DNA of 64,000 bases from an uncultured Nocardioides sp. (GTDB taxonomy: Bacteria; Actinomycetota; Actinomycetes; Propionibacteriales; Nocardioidaceae). The notes under the pieces were generated by a model. The model was not told the DNA's origin. It saw only the letters and a list, made by a program, of their open reading frames with translations, and did no database searches. Where the stretch lies: contig CADCUM010000027.1 in assembly GCA_902805885.1 (NCBI GenBank), forward strand, positions 35,458-99,457. Reading direction: 5' to 3'. Shown here piece after piece: positions 29,969 through 40,325 of this stretch (position 1 is the first letter of the stretch; the number at the start of each line of letters is the position of its first letter). Position numbers and translations under genes: made by a program.

Positions 29969-30883
29969 ATGGCCCTGGACGTACGGCGGACGCTGATCTT
30001 CCGCGGCGTGGCGCGGGCGGGATCGATCAGCGCGGCCGCCCGGGAGCTGGGCTGGACGCAGCCCGCCGTCAGCCAGCACCTCGCCGCCCTCGAGCGCGAG
30101 GCGGGCGGCCCGCTGCTCCTGCGTGGGCCGGGCGGCGTCACCCTCACCGAGGCGGGAGAGGCGCTGCTGAGGCGGGCCGACGTCGTCGCGGCCGAGCTGC
30201 ACGCGGCGGGAGAGGAGCTCGCGGCCCTGCACCAGCTGCGCGCCGGCCGCGTCCGCCTGGTCGCCTTCCCGTCGGCTGCGGCCACCCTCGTGCCTGACGT
30301 CCTGACCTCGCTCGCGCTGGGGCATCCCGAGCTCGAGGTGGGGCTGGAGGAGGCCGAGCCGCCGGAGGCCCTCGCGGCGGTCGCCGCCGGCGACGTCGAC
30401 CTCGCCCTGGTGTTCGGCCACGACGGCCCGCCGCAGGGCCTCGGGGGACTCACCTGGCGCCTGCTGGTCGACGAGCCCGTCCACCTCGTCGTCCCGGTCG
30501 AGTCCGGCCGGCCCGCGCCGACCGACCTGGCCGCCCTGGCCGACGAGGACTGGATCGGCGGGTGCGTGAGGTGTCGCACGCACCTCGTGGACTGCTGCGC
30601 GGGGGCCGGCTTCGTCCCGCGCGTGCGGCACACCACCGACGACTACGTCGTCGTGCAGAACCTCGTCGCCCGGGGACTGGGGGTGACCGTGCTCCCCGAG
30701 TCGGCCCTCCGGGCCTACCACCACCCCGGGGTCCGGGTCGTGCCGCTGCGCAGCCTGGGCCGACGCCACATCGGCATCGCCCACCGGCCGGGCGCCGAGA
30801 ACGTCCCGGCGACGGCGGCACTCGTCGCCCAGCTGGTCACGGAGGTAGCCGGCGAGGTCGCCGGCGAGGTGGGCGGCGACTAG
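29969..30883 (+). CDS. LysR family transcriptional regulator
   Basis: GSISAAARELGWTQPAVSQH HTH; divergent from the racemase. Confidence 0.92.
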   Translation: MALDVRRTLIFRGVARAGSISAAARELGWTQPAVSQHLAALEREAGGPLLLRGPGGVTLTEAGEALLRRADVVAAELHAAGEELAALHQLRAGRVRLVAFPSAAATLVPDVLTSLALGHPELEVGLEEAEPPEALAAVAAGDVDLALVFGHDGPPQGLGGLTWRLLVDEPVHLVVPVESGRPAPTDLAALADEDWIGGCVRCRTHLVDCCAGAGFVPRVRHTTDDYVVVQNLVARGLGVTVLPESALRAYHHPGVRVVPLRSLGRRHIGIAHRPGAENVPATAALVAQLVTEVAGEVAGEVGGD

Positions 30884-31869
30884 ATCCAGCCCCGCCGCGA
30901 CGCCTCCACACCAGCCTGGAACCGGGTGTCGACGCCGAGGTCCTCCATCAGTGAGGCGATGCGGCGCCGCACCGTGCGCAGGCTGATGCCGAGCCTGCGG
31001 GCGATGAGCTCGTCGGTGTAGCCCGCCACCAGCTGCTCGAGCAGGAACTGCCGCAGGTCGGGCCGCGCCTCGCCCCCGTCGAGCCGGGGCACCGGTGCCG
31101 CGCGCGACCACAGGGACTCGAACCACATCGTCAGCAGCGTCACCAGCGCCCGCTGCCGGACGTGGATGCGGGGCTCGTCGGCGGTGCCGAGCGGCTCGGG
31201 CAGCACCGCGTGCGACTGACCGAGGATGAACATCCGGGTCGGCAGCTCGGACATCACCCGGATCTGCTCGCCGAGCCGGGCCCGGGCCTGCAGCGCCTCC
31301 GGCGCCTCCGAGAGGGCGCGGACGGGGTAGATCGCACGGGAGCGTCGACCGGTCGCCATCGCCTCGGCCAGCACGGCGGCCACGGCGGCCTCGCGAGGCA
31401 TGGCCCAGGCATCAGGGCGCAGCCACAGCATGTCTCCGCGGCTGGTGCGGATCATCTGGCCGAGCAGCTCCAGCGGGTTGCCGCCCGTGCTGAGCTCGCC
31501 GTCGAGCGGCCGGACGTCGGTGAGGTCCCGCTCGGAGGGGCGGGTGGACGCGGCGACGAGGTGGGGCACGGCGATCGCCAGCTCCCGGAGGCGCTGCGAC
31601 GAGGTCGCCGCGAGCCGCGCCTCGCGCTGCACGAGCTCGGCGACGGCCTCGGCCAGCACCGGCACCTCCACCCGGTCGTCGACCAGGCGCACGAGCCCCA
31701 GATGCAGCAACGGCTCCAGCCCGCGAACGAGCTCCTCGGGGGTTCCCCGCAGGATGCGGGCCGCCTCGTCGACCGTGTGCCCGGACGCAGGCGGGAGGGC
31801 GAAGTAGAGGCGTTCGGTGTTCCGATCCAGACCGAGGGCGTTCAGGACGGACGAGGTGTCAGCTGCCAT
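30880..31869 (-). CDS. TrmB-like/LuxR-HTH transcriptional regulator
   Basis: N-terminal wHTH-like segment; C-terminal GYTDELIARRLGISLRTVRRRI...TRFQAG. Confidence 0.8.
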   Translation of the reverse strand: MAADTSSVLNALGLDRNTERLYFALPPASGHTVDEAARILRGTPEELVRGLEPLLHLGLVRLVDDRVEVPVLAEAVAELVQREARLAATSSQRLRELAIAVPHLVAASTRPSERDLTDVRPLDGELSTGGNPLELLGQMIRTSRGDMLWLRPDAWAMPREAAVAAVLAEAMATGRRSRAIYPVRALSEAPEALQARARLGEQIRVMSELPTRMFILGQSHAVLPEPLGTADEPRIHVRQRALVTLLTMWFESLWSRAAPVPRLDGGEARPDLRQFLLEQLVAGYTDELIARRLGISLRTVRRRIASLMEDLGVDTRFQAGVEASRRGWI

Positions 31870-31870
31870 C

Positions 31871-31922
31871 GTGGCATTTTAGTGCCACCGGCACTCGCGA
31901 TCCATGTGGCAGCGATCGGCCA
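31871..31922. promoter_or_regulatory. paired TGGCA-N6-TGCCA operators
   Basis: gTGGCAttttagTGCCAc (31871-31888) and TGGCAgcgatcGGCCA (31907-31922), immediately upstream of the regulator. Confidence 0.55.
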
Positions 31923-32065
31923 TCCCATAATTGGAGCATCCGGTCCGCCAGGGGGATGGGCCGGACCAGCTCAGCAGTGAGCTCGAGCGTCGGAGTCGCC
32001 GCAGGGGACGGCTCCGGCGCTCTACTGCATTTCTGGCCCGGATCCACGGCCGATAGCCTGCGCCC

Positions 32066-33772
32066 ATGGCGCGAGGCGGACAGCAGGGCGATCCCATCGA
32101 CTGGGTGACGCGGGCGGCGGACGACGCCGTACGGCACGCCGGCGAGGGCAAGCCGGTGACCGTGTCCTCGGGTGCATCGCCCTCGGGACCGGTCCACCTG
32201 GGCAACCTGCGGGAGTTCCTCACCACCCACTTCGTGGCCGACGAGCTGCGGCGCCGGGGCATCGAGGTCACCCACCTGCACGTGTGGGACGACTACGACC
32301 GCTTCCGCAAGGTCCCCGCGGGCGTGCCCGCCGAGTGGGTCGAGCACATCGGCCGCCCGCTCACCGCCGTCCCCGACCCGTGGGAGTGCCACGGCTCCTG
32401 GTCCGACCACTTCAAGGAGCCGCTGCAGCGCGCGCTCGCCGACCTCGGCGTGGAGATGACCGAGATCTCCCAGACGGAGCTCTACCGGTCCGGGACCTAC
32501 CGCGAGAAGGTCCTGGTCGCCGTGCGCGAGCGGCACCGGATCGAGGAGGTGCTGGCGCGTCACCGCACCAGGAAGCCCGTCGCCGCCGCCGAGCCGGCCA
32601 CCGAGATCGACGCCCAGGAGGCCGCGGCGCTCGCCGACTCGGTCGCCGCCGACGACGAGGCGGCCTCGGGTCCGGGCGACCTCGCGCGCTTCCCCTACAA
32701 GCCCTACTGCCGCGGGTGCGGCCGCGACACCGTCACCGTCACGTCGTACGACGACGAGACCACCGACCTCGCCTACACGTGCGAGTGCGGGACCACCGCC
32801 GTGACCAACCTCGCCACCGAGGACGAGGGCAAGCTCGTGTGGAAGGTCGACTGGCCGATGCGCTGGGCGCACTACCACGTCGACTTCGAGGCGGCCGGGG
32901 CCGACCACGCGACGCCCGGCTCCTCCTTCACCGTCGGGCACGAGCTCGTCGAGTCGATCTTCGCGATGCCGAGGCCGGCCTGGTTCGGCTACGGGTTCGT
33001 GGGCTTCGCGGGGATCCAGAAGATGTCCTCCTCCGCGGGCGGCGTGCCCACCGCGGCCGACGCGCTGCAGGTGCTCGAGGCGCCGATCCTGCGCTGGCTC
33101 TACGTCCGACGCTCGCCCAAGCAGGTCTTCACCGTCGACTTCGGTGCCGAGGTGGTGCGGCTGTACGACGAGTGGGACGCCCTGGGCCGCAAGGCCGCCG
33201 ACCCCGCCAAGCGGGACCTGGCGGTGCTGGCGCACGAGCGGGCCTCGGCCGTGGCCGCGGGTCCGCTCCCCGCCTCACCCGTGGCCGTCCCGTTCCGCAC
33301 CCTCTCCTCGGTCGCGGACGTGACGGCCGGGTCCGCCGAGCTGATCAGCCGGGTCGTGGGCGACCTCGGCTACCCCCACGACTCGGTCGACGACCTCCAG
33401 CCCCGGCTGGGCCGGGCCATGGCGTGGACCGCCTCGCTCCCCGCCGACCAGCGCACCACGGTCCGCGACACCCCCGACACCGAGCGGCTCGCCTCGCTGT
33501 CGGAGGACGAGGAGCTGTGGCTGCGGATCTTCCTCGACCGGCTGCCGGACTCGATGGACCTCGACGAGGTCACGGCGATCGTCTACGGCACCCCCAAGGT
33601 CGCCCGTGGGCTGGGCGTCGACGACCCGCCGACCGACCAGGTGAAGGCCGACCAGAAGCAGTTCTTCGGGCTGCTCTACCACCTGCTGGTCGCCAAGGAG
33701 CGTGGCCCACGGCTGCCCACCCTCATCGTGGCGCTGGGCGCCGAGAAGGTCCGCACGCTACTCGGGGCTTGA
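32066..33772 (+). CDS. lysS: lysine--tRNA ligase, class I
   Basis: SGASPSGPVHLGNLRE (HIGH-like), WKVDWPMRW, KMSSS and GPRL. Confidence 0.93.
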   Translation: MARGGQQGDPIDWVTRAADDAVRHAGEGKPVTVSSGASPSGPVHLGNLREFLTTHFVADELRRRGIEVTHLHVWDDYDRFRKVPAGVPAEWVEHIGRPLTAVPDPWECHGSWSDHFKEPLQRALADLGVEMTEISQTELYRSGTYREKVLVAVRERHRIEEVLARHRTRKPVAAAEPATEIDAQEAAALADSVAADDEAASGPGDLARFPYKPYCRGCGRDTVTVTSYDDETTDLAYTCECGTTAVTNLATEDEGKLVWKVDWPMRWAHYHVDFEAAGADHATPGSSFTVGHELVESIFAMPRPAWFGYGFVGFAGIQKMSSSAGGVPTAADALQVLEAPILRWLYVRRSPKQVFTVDFGAEVVRLYDEWDALGRKAADPAKRDLAVLAHERASAVAAGPLPASPVAVPFRTLSSVADVTAGSAELISRVVGDLGYPHDSVDDLQPRLGRAMAWTASLPADQRTTVRDTPDTERLASLSEDEELWLRIFLDRLPDSMDLDEVTAIVYGTPKVARGLGVDDPPTDQVKADQKQFFGLLYHLLVAKERGPRLPTLIVALGAEKVRTLLGA

Positions 33773-33787
33773 TCGCGCGCTCGGCGA

Positions 33788-34249
33788 TCAGCGCATGGCG
33801 ACGGGGCCGCCGAGGTAGCGCTCGAGGTCTCCTCGTACGGCGTCGCTGAGCGGCCAGGCCGCCCCGGCGCGCGAGTCCCACAGCACGTTGACGCACTCCC
33901 AGGCCACGGCCGGGTGCCCGCCGTCCTCGACCCGGATCTCGGCGGCGACGGTGAACGACGACCGGCCGATGCGGGACACCCACAGCGTCGCCAGGAACGG
34001 CTGGTAGGGCACGAACCGCATCTCGGCGTGGTAGGTGATGGCCTGCGACGCGACCAGCTCCGACACCCCGTCGTCCACCCGGTGCAGCAGCCCGGTGGCT
34101 CCCTCCGGCAGGCCCGGGAGGTGGGCGAACCGGAAGAACTCCAGCCGCGCCTCGTCGAGCACCCGCACCGCCTCGACGTTGTCGACGTGCCCGGCGAGGT
34201 TGATGTCGCGGTAGCGCGCCTGGATCTCGGTCGTGAAGGTCTCACCCAC
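33788..34249 (-). CDS. acyl-CoA thioesterase (4HBT-like)
   Basis: RYRDINLAGHVDN...DEAR and RIGRSSF. Confidence 0.85.
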   Translation of the reverse strand: MGETFTTEIQARYRDINLAGHVDNVEAVRVLDEARLEFFRFAHLPGLPEGATGLLHRVDDGVSELVASQAITYHAEMRFVPYQPFLATLWVSRIGRSSFTVAAEIRVEDGGHPAVAWECVNVLWDSRAGAAWPLSDAVRGDLERYLGGPVAMR

Positions 34250-34312
34250 GGAGGGGAGTCTGCAGGAGCGCCCGTGCGTGGGCGGGAGCGCCCCACCTCG
34301 TAGGGTCGACCC

Positions 34313-34735
34313 ATGAGCTCCTTCGGCGACCTGATGGCCGGTCCCCCGCCCACCCACCTGCCCGCCGACCCCGCCGAGGAGGCGCTGACCGCGGGCCAGG
34401 CGCCCGCTGACGTCGTACGGCGGCACCCGGGGTCCCCCGCAGCCTGGGCCGCGCTGGCCGGCCAGGCCAAGGAGCAGGGCGCCGACGACGTGACCGTCTA
34501 CGCCTACGCCCGGGTGGGGTACCACCGCTCGCTCGACAACCTGCGCCGCAACGGCTGGAAGGGCCACGGTCCGGTGCCGTGGTCCCACGAGCCCAACCGG
34601 GGCTTCCTCCGGTCGCTGGCCCTGCTGGCCCTGGCGGCCCGCGACATCGGCGAGACCGAGGAGTGGGAGCGCTGCTCCAGCTTCCTCCGCGACTCGAGCG
34701 CCGAGGCGGCGGACGAGCTGCTGGGCGGCGCCTGA
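34313..34735 (+). CDS. DUF3151 domain protein
   Basis: YAYARVGYHRSLDNLRRNGWKGHGPVPWSHEPNRGFLR. Confidence 0.85.
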   Translation: MSSFGDLMAGPPPTHLPADPAEEALTAGQAPADVVRRHPGSPAAWAALAGQAKEQGADDVTVYAYARVGYHRSLDNLRRNGWKGHGPVPWSHEPNRGFLRSLALLALAARDIGETEEWERCSSFLRDSSAEAADELLGGA

Positions 34736-34838
34736 CCGCTCGGCGGCCCGACCGCCCGTCGCGCCAGACCGACCGCTCGTCGCAGCAGTGCTGCGGCAGG
34801 GCCCGCGACCTCAGGCGCAGTCACGATAATCCCGACAC

Positions 34839-35156
34839 ATGACACTCGGGTCGACGTCCTCGTCCATGCCGCCCGGCCCTCCCCGCCACGAGCAGGGGCC
34901 GCCGCCCACCGACAAGGGCAAGATGGCGCTGGCCGCCGTCCTGCTGGTGATCCCGATCATCGCGCTGATGTGGGTGCCGTCCTACACCCGCGCCGAGCCG
35001 GAGCTCCTCGGGTTCCCGTTCTTCTTCTGGTACCAGTTCCTCTGGGTCTTCATCTGCTCGGCGCTCACCTGGACCGCCTACAAGCTCACCCTCGCCGCCC
35101 GCCCCCGGCGCGGTGACGCCGGGCGCGACGACGACACCCGGGGCGGCGACCGATGA
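34839..35156 (+). CDS. DUF3311 small membrane protein (solute symporter partner)
   Basis: PELLGFPFFFWYQFLW; overlaps the symporter start. Confidence 0.85.
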   Translation: MTLGSTSSSMPPGPPRHEQGPPPTDKGKMALAAVLLVIPIIALMWVPSYTRAEPELLGFPFFFWYQFLWVFICSALTWTAYKLTLAARPRRGDAGRDDDTRGGDR

Positions 35157-36859
35157 GCGCGCAGGTGACCGTGCTGGCGGCCGACGCCGGTGTCAACGGC
35201 GTGGCGCTCGCGGTGCTGATCGTCCTCTTCGCCATCGTGACGGTGGCGGGCTTCATGGCGTCGCGCTTCAAGCGCGCCGAGTCGCTCGACAACCTCGACG
35301 AGTGGGGGCTGGGCGGGCGGAAGTTCGGCACGTGGATCACGTGGTTCCTGCTGGGCGGCGACCTCTACACGGCGTACACCTTCGTCGCCGTGCCGGCAGC
35401 GATGTTCGCGACCGGCGCGGTGGCCGGCTTCTTCGCCGTGCCCTACACGATCATCCTCTACCCGATCATCTTCATCTTCATGGCGCGGCTGTGGTCGGTG
35501 AGCCACCGCCACGGCTACGTCACCACCGCGGACTTCGTCCGTGGCCGGTACGACGACCGGGCGCTGTCGCTGACCGTGGCCGTGGTCGGCATCGTCGCGA
35601 CGATGCCCTACATCGCGCTGCAGCTCATCGGCATCGAGGCCGTGCTCGAGGTCGCGGGCCTCGGCGGCGGTGACAACATCATCGCCAAGGACGCCCCGCT
35701 CTTCATCGCCTTCGCCCTGCTCGCGGCCTACACCTACTCCAGCGGCCTGCGCGCCCCGGCCGTGATCGCGTTCGTCAAGGACATCCTGATCTACCTCGTC
35801 ATCATCGTGGCGATCGTCTACCTGCCCGGCCAGGTCGGCGGGTGGGACAACATCTTCCAGTCCGCCCAGGACAAGATGGCCACGACCAACGAGGCGACCG
35901 GCAAGCCCACCGGGGCCTTCATCCCCGGCACCGGCTTCGCGTGGGCCTACGCCACCCTGGCGCTCGGCTCGGCGCTGGCCCTGTTCATGTACCCCCACTC
36001 GATCACGGCGTCGCTGTCGTCCAACAGCCGCAACACGATCCGGCGCAACGCGGCGATCCTGCCGGCGTACTCCTTCGTGCTGGGCCTGCTGGCCCTCCTC
36101 GGCTGGGTCGCCATCGCGGCCGGCACGCAGCCGATCGGCCTGGACGGGGAGCCCAACGCCCAGCTGGTGATCCCCCAGCTGTTCGAGGACATGTTCCCGG
36201 CCTGGTTCGCGGGCGTGGCCTTCGCCGCGATCGCCATCGGAGCCCTCGTCCCCGCGGCCATCATGTCCATCGCCGCCGCCAACACGTTCAGCCGCAACAT
36301 CTACAAGGAGTGGCTCAACAAGGACGCCACCCCGGCCCAGGAGGCCAAGGTCTCCAAGCTGATGTCGCTGGTCGTCAAGGCCTTCGCGCTGATCTTCGTG
36401 CTGACCCTGGACAAGCAGAACGCCATCAACTTCCAGCTGCTCGGCGGCATCTGGATGCTGCAGGCGTTCCCGGTCATCGTCTTCAGCCTCTTCACCCGGT
36501 GGTTCCACCGCTGGGCGCTGCTCGCCGGGATGGTCGCCGGCCTCGCCGACGGCACCATCGAGGCCTACAACGTGATCAACCCGGTCACCGGCAAGCACTT
36601 CGGCGGCTCGCTCCACCCGCTCCCCGGCATCGAGGACATGGGCTACATCGCCATGACGGCGTTCGCGCTCAACCTGGTCGTGACCGTCCTGGTCACGGTG
36701 GTCCTCAACGCGCTGAAGGTGTCCAACGGCCGCGACGAGACGATCCCGTTCGACTACTTCGCCGACGCCGACGACCCGCGCGTGCAGAAGACGCTCCCGG
36801 CGTACGACGCGCCGCACGACGAGCTCGCCAACGACCCCGGGACACCCCGGCCCAGTTGA
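35153..36859 (+). CDS. mctP: sodium:solute symporter, MctP-type monocarboxylate permease
   Basis: EWGLGGRKFG, GGDLYTAYTF, PYIALQL and ALFMYPH; many TM helices. Confidence 0.8.
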   Translation: MSAQVTVLAADAGVNGVALAVLIVLFAIVTVAGFMASRFKRAESLDNLDEWGLGGRKFGTWITWFLLGGDLYTAYTFVAVPAAMFATGAVAGFFAVPYTIILYPIIFIFMARLWSVSHRHGYVTTADFVRGRYDDRALSLTVAVVGIVATMPYIALQLIGIEAVLEVAGLGGGDNIIAKDAPLFIAFALLAAYTYSSGLRAPAVIAFVKDILIYLVIIVAIVYLPGQVGGWDNIFQSAQDKMATTNEATGKPTGAFIPGTGFAWAYATLALGSALALFMYPHSITASLSSNSRNTIRRNAAILPAYSFVLGLLALLGWVAIAAGTQPIGLDGEPNAQLVIPQLFEDMFPAWFAGVAFAAIAIGALVPAAIMSIAAANTFSRNIYKEWLNKDATPAQEAKVSKLMSLVVKAFALIFVLTLDKQNAINFQLLGGIWMLQAFPVIVFSLFTRWFHRWALLAGMVAGLADGTIEAYNVINPVTGKHFGGSLHPLPGIEDMGYIAMTAFALNLVVTVLVTVVLNALKVSNGRDETIPFDYFADADDPRVQKTLPAYDAPHDELANDPGTPRPS

Positions 36860-36956
36860 TGTTTCACCCTTCGGGGGCGTTACCTGCGGCACATCCGCGC
36901 GTTAGACCTGTGACGCGGCGACGCAACGCCGCGGATCACGCACCCGGAGGAAACTC

Positions 36957-39074
36957 ATGCGCACACGCTCGTCCCGGTACCGCCAGGCCACCGCTCTGGC
37001 CGCACTCGCGATGGGAGCGGCGGCCCTGACCGTCCCGACCGCCGCCCAGGGCAACATCGTCGGCAACACCACCGCCGACGTCTTCGCCCCCCAGCTCGTC
37101 ACCGTCGACACCCCGACGCGGGCGGACAAGACCCGCCTGCAGACGCTCGGCCTCGACCTGACCGAGCACGCCGGCCACGACTACATCGAGGTCGTCCTGC
37201 ACGCGGCCGCCGACCAGGAGGCGCTGCGCGCCGCCGGCTTCACCTACGACGTGCGCATCCCCGACCTGCTCCGCCGCCAGGGCGAGATCAACCAGATCGA
37301 CGAGCTCTTCGCTGCGACCACCCTGCGTACGGCGCTCCCCTCCGGGCGTGACGCCTACCGCACGCTGGCCGACTTCAACGCCGAGATGAAGGCGATGGCG
37401 GCCAACAACCCCGGCCTCGTCAAGCTCCTCGAGATGCCGGAGAAGACCCTCGACGGCCGGACGGTCTACGGCGTCGAGATCGCCAAGAACGTCGCCGCCA
37501 AGGACGGCCGCCCGACGTTCGCGATGTTCGGCGTGCACCACGCCCGTGAGTGGCCCTCCGGCGAGCACGCCATGGAGTTCGCCGTCGACCTGGTCAACGG
37601 CGCGCGCGCCGGGAACCCCCGCATCACCAGCCTCCTGGAGCGCGGCCGCATGGTCGTCGTGCCCGTGGTGAACGCCGACGGCTTCCACCTCTCCCGCACC
37701 GACGGCGCGCTGGTCGACCTGCGCGAGACCGACGGCGGCGGCACCGTGACGATCCTCGGCACCCCCGGCAACGCCTACAAGCGCAAGAACTGCCGCGTCG
37801 TGGACGGTCAGGACACCCCCGACGGCACCTGCGCAGCGTTCAGCGCGACCAGCCCCGGCGGCTTCCTCGTCGGCACCGACCCCAACCGCAACTACGGCGG
37901 GTTCTGGGGCGGTCCGGGCGCCTCGGACCTGTTCGCCGACCCGACCTACCGCGGCGCCGGCCCGTTCTCGGAGCCGGAGACCCGCAACGTCCGCCACCTG
38001 ATCTCCACCCGGCAGGTGACGATGATGATCTCCAACCACACCTTCTCCAACCTGGTGCTGCGCCCCAACGGCGTGAACCCGACGACCATCGGCTTCGACG
38101 GTCTCCCCGTGGGTGACGCTCCCGACGAGCAGGCCATGAAGGAGGTCGGGGCCAGGATGACGGCCAACAACGGCTACGCCAACATCCACGGCTGGGAGCT
38201 CTACGACACCACCGGCACCACCGAGGACTGGTCCTACAACGCCACCGGCGGCTACGGCTTCACCTTCGAGATCGGCCCGAACGAGTTCCACCCGCCGTTC
38301 GCGCAGGTCGTCGACGAGTACGTCGGCGCGGGCGAGTACGCCGGCAAGGGCAACCGCGAGGCCTACCTCGTCGCCTTCGAGGAGGCCGTCAGCCGCACCA
38401 GCCACGCGGTGATCTCCGGCCGTGCGCCGCTCGGTGCGACGCTCCGGCTGCGCAAGGAGTTCGTGACCCCGACCTGGAGCCCGGAGAACAACTTCACGGA
38501 CACGCTCGAGACGACGATGGTGACCAACAGCAAGAACTTCGTCTGGGACATCAACCAGTCGACCCGCCCCGTCGTCCAGTCCCGGCTGGTCAAGCTCCTC
38601 TCGGAGGAGCCCACCCGTGAGGAGACCTTCACCGGCACGGCCGCCCCGGCGAGCTCGGTGGACCACGAGTTCGTGGTGACCGAGACCGACCAGGACATCA
38701 TGCAGGTCGACCTCGACTGGCCGACCCCGGACGACCTGGACCTCGAGGTCTACCGCAAGAACGCCGACGGCTCCCTCACCGAGGTCGGCAGCTCGGGCAA
38801 CTTCGTGGGCGACAAGGAGAAGGTGACGATCAACGCGCCGACGCCCGGCACGTACGTCATCCGCGTCATCAACTTCGCGTCCGTCACGCCGACCTACACC
38901 GCCACCGCGGGGCTGTACGACGCCACCGAGCAGATGACGCCCCCGCAGGTCGAGTCGTGGACCCTCACCTGTGAGAAGAACGGCACCGTCCTGCAGACGG
39001 CGTCGATCGTGGTCGACCGCGGCCAGCAGGTCAGCATGGACCTCAAGGAGTGCGTCCGCCGCTGGGGTCGCTGA
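36957..39074 (+). CDS. secreted M14 zinc carboxypeptidase with C-terminal PPC-like domain
   Basis: Signal peptide; HHAREW, RKN, DPNRNY, PFSEPET and FTFE; DLDLEVY in the C-terminal beta domain. Confidence 0.88.
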   Translation: MRTRSSRYRQATALAALAMGAAALTVPTAAQGNIVGNTTADVFAPQLVTVDTPTRADKTRLQTLGLDLTEHAGHDYIEVVLHAAADQEALRAAGFTYDVRIPDLLRRQGEINQIDELFAATTLRTALPSGRDAYRTLADFNAEMKAMAANNPGLVKLLEMPEKTLDGRTVYGVEIAKNVAAKDGRPTFAMFGVHHAREWPSGEHAMEFAVDLVNGARAGNPRITSLLERGRMVVVPVVNADGFHLSRTDGALVDLRETDGGGTVTILGTPGNAYKRKNCRVVDGQDTPDGTCAAFSATSPGGFLVGTDPNRNYGGFWGGPGASDLFADPTYRGAGPFSEPETRNVRHLISTRQVTMMISNHTFSNLVLRPNGVNPTTIGFDGLPVGDAPDEQAMKEVGARMTANNGYANIHGWELYDTTGTTEDWSYNATGGYGFTFEIGPNEFHPPFAQVVDEYVGAGEYAGKGNREAYLVAFEEAVSRTSHAVISGRAPLGATLRLRKEFVTPTWSPENNFTDTLETTMVTNSKNFVWDINQSTRPVVQSRLVKLLSEEPTREETFTGTAAPASSVDHEFVVTETDQDIMQVDLDWPTPDDLDLEVYRKNADGSLTEVGSSGNFVGDKEKVTINAPTPGTYVIRVINFASVTPTYTATAGLYDATEQMTPPQVESWTLTCEKNGTVLQTASIVVDRGQQVSMDLKECVRRWGR

Positions 39075-39086
39075 CCCCACACAGCA

Positions 39087-39121
39087 CGACGCCCGCCTCC
39101 CCACGGGGGAGGCGGGCGTCG
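39087..39121. terminator. hairpin terminator between convergent genes
   Basis: 15-bp stem cgacgcccgcctccc/gggaggcgggcgtcg. Confidence 0.75.
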
Positions 39122-39143
39122 CTGCGTGTGCGACCAGACGAGG

Positions 39144-40178
39144 TCAGACGCCGATCGTCGTGCCGGCGGAGCGGAGGTTCTCGCAGGCCTCGACGATGCG
39201 CTCGGCCATGCCGGCCTCGGCGGCCTTGCCCCAGGCACGCGGGTCGTAGGCCTTCTTGTTGCCGACCTCACCGTCGACCTTGAGCACGCCGTCGTAGTTG
39301 GCGAGCATGTGGCCCGCGACCGGGCGGGTGAAGGCGTACTGCGTGTCGGTGTCGACGTTCATCTTCACCACGCCGTAGTCGACGGCCGCGCCGATCTCCT
39401 CCGCGGTCGAGCCGGAGCCACCGTGGAAGACGAGGTCGAAGGGGCGCGCCCCCTCCTCGAGCCCGAGCTCGGCGACGACGGCCTCCTGGGCGGACTTGAG
39501 GATCTCGGGGCGCAGCTTGACGTTGCCGGGCTTGTAGACACCGTGGACGTTGCCGAAGGTCAGCGCCGCGAGGTAGCGGCCCTTCTCACCGGTGCCGAGG
39601 GCACGAACCGTGGCGAGGGCGTCCTCGGGGGTGGTGTAGAGCTGGTCGTTGATCTCGTTGGCGACACCGTCCTCCTCGCCGCCGACGACGCCGATCTCGA
39701 CCTCGAGGATGATGTGCGCCGCCGCGCACTTGGCGAGCAGCTCCTCGGCGATCTGGAGGTTCTCCTCCAGCGGCACCGCGGAGCCGTCCCACATGTGCGA
39801 CTGGAAGAGCGGGGCCTCGCCGCGGGCGACCCGCTCGGCGGAGATGTCGAGGAGCGGGCGGACGAAGCCGTCGAGCTTGTCCTGGGGGCAGTGGTCGGTG
39901 TGCAGCGCGATGTTGACGGGGTAGTTCTTGGCCACCTCGGCGGCGTAGGCGGCGAAGGCCACCGAACCGGTCACCATGTTCTTCACCGTCGGGCCGGAGA
40001 GGTACTCCGCGCCACCGGTGGAGATCTGGATGATGCCGTCGGAGCCGGCGTCGGCGAAGCCCTTGAGGGCGGCGTTGAGCGTCTGGGACGAGGACACGTT
40101 GATGGCCGGGAAGGCGAAGGACTTCTCCTTGGCCGCGTCCAGCATCTGTGCGTAGACCTCGGGGGTGGCGATGGGCAT
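39144..40178 (-). CDS. fbaA: class II fructose-bisphosphate aldolase
   Basis: LHTDHC, SHMWDGS, FGNVHGVY and FHGGSG. Confidence 0.96.
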   Translation of the reverse strand: MPIATPEVYAQMLDAAKEKSFAFPAINVSSSQTLNAALKGFADAGSDGIIQISTGGAEYLSGPTVKNMVTGSVAFAAYAAEVAKNYPVNIALHTDHCPQDKLDGFVRPLLDISAERVARGEAPLFQSHMWDGSAVPLEENLQIAEELLAKCAAAHIILEVEIGVVGGEEDGVANEINDQLYTTPEDALATVRALGTGEKGRYLAALTFGNVHGVYKPGNVKLRPEILKSAQEAVVAELGLEEGARPFDLVFHGGSGSTAEEIGAAVDYGVVKMNVDTDTQYAFTRPVAGHMLANYDGVLKVDGEVGNKKAYDPRAWGKAAEAGMAERIVEACENLRSAGTTIGV

Positions 40179-40325
40179 GCAGGTGTCTCCTCGATCGCGG
40201 TTGCAGCGGCCGTTCCACCCTAGTGGCTACTGCGCGGTCGGAAGCTCCTCGACCGCGTGACAACGATCCGTCCGCGCGCTCCGTGTTCACCGTGACAGGC
40301 TCGACCCACGGGGGAAGGACCCAGC

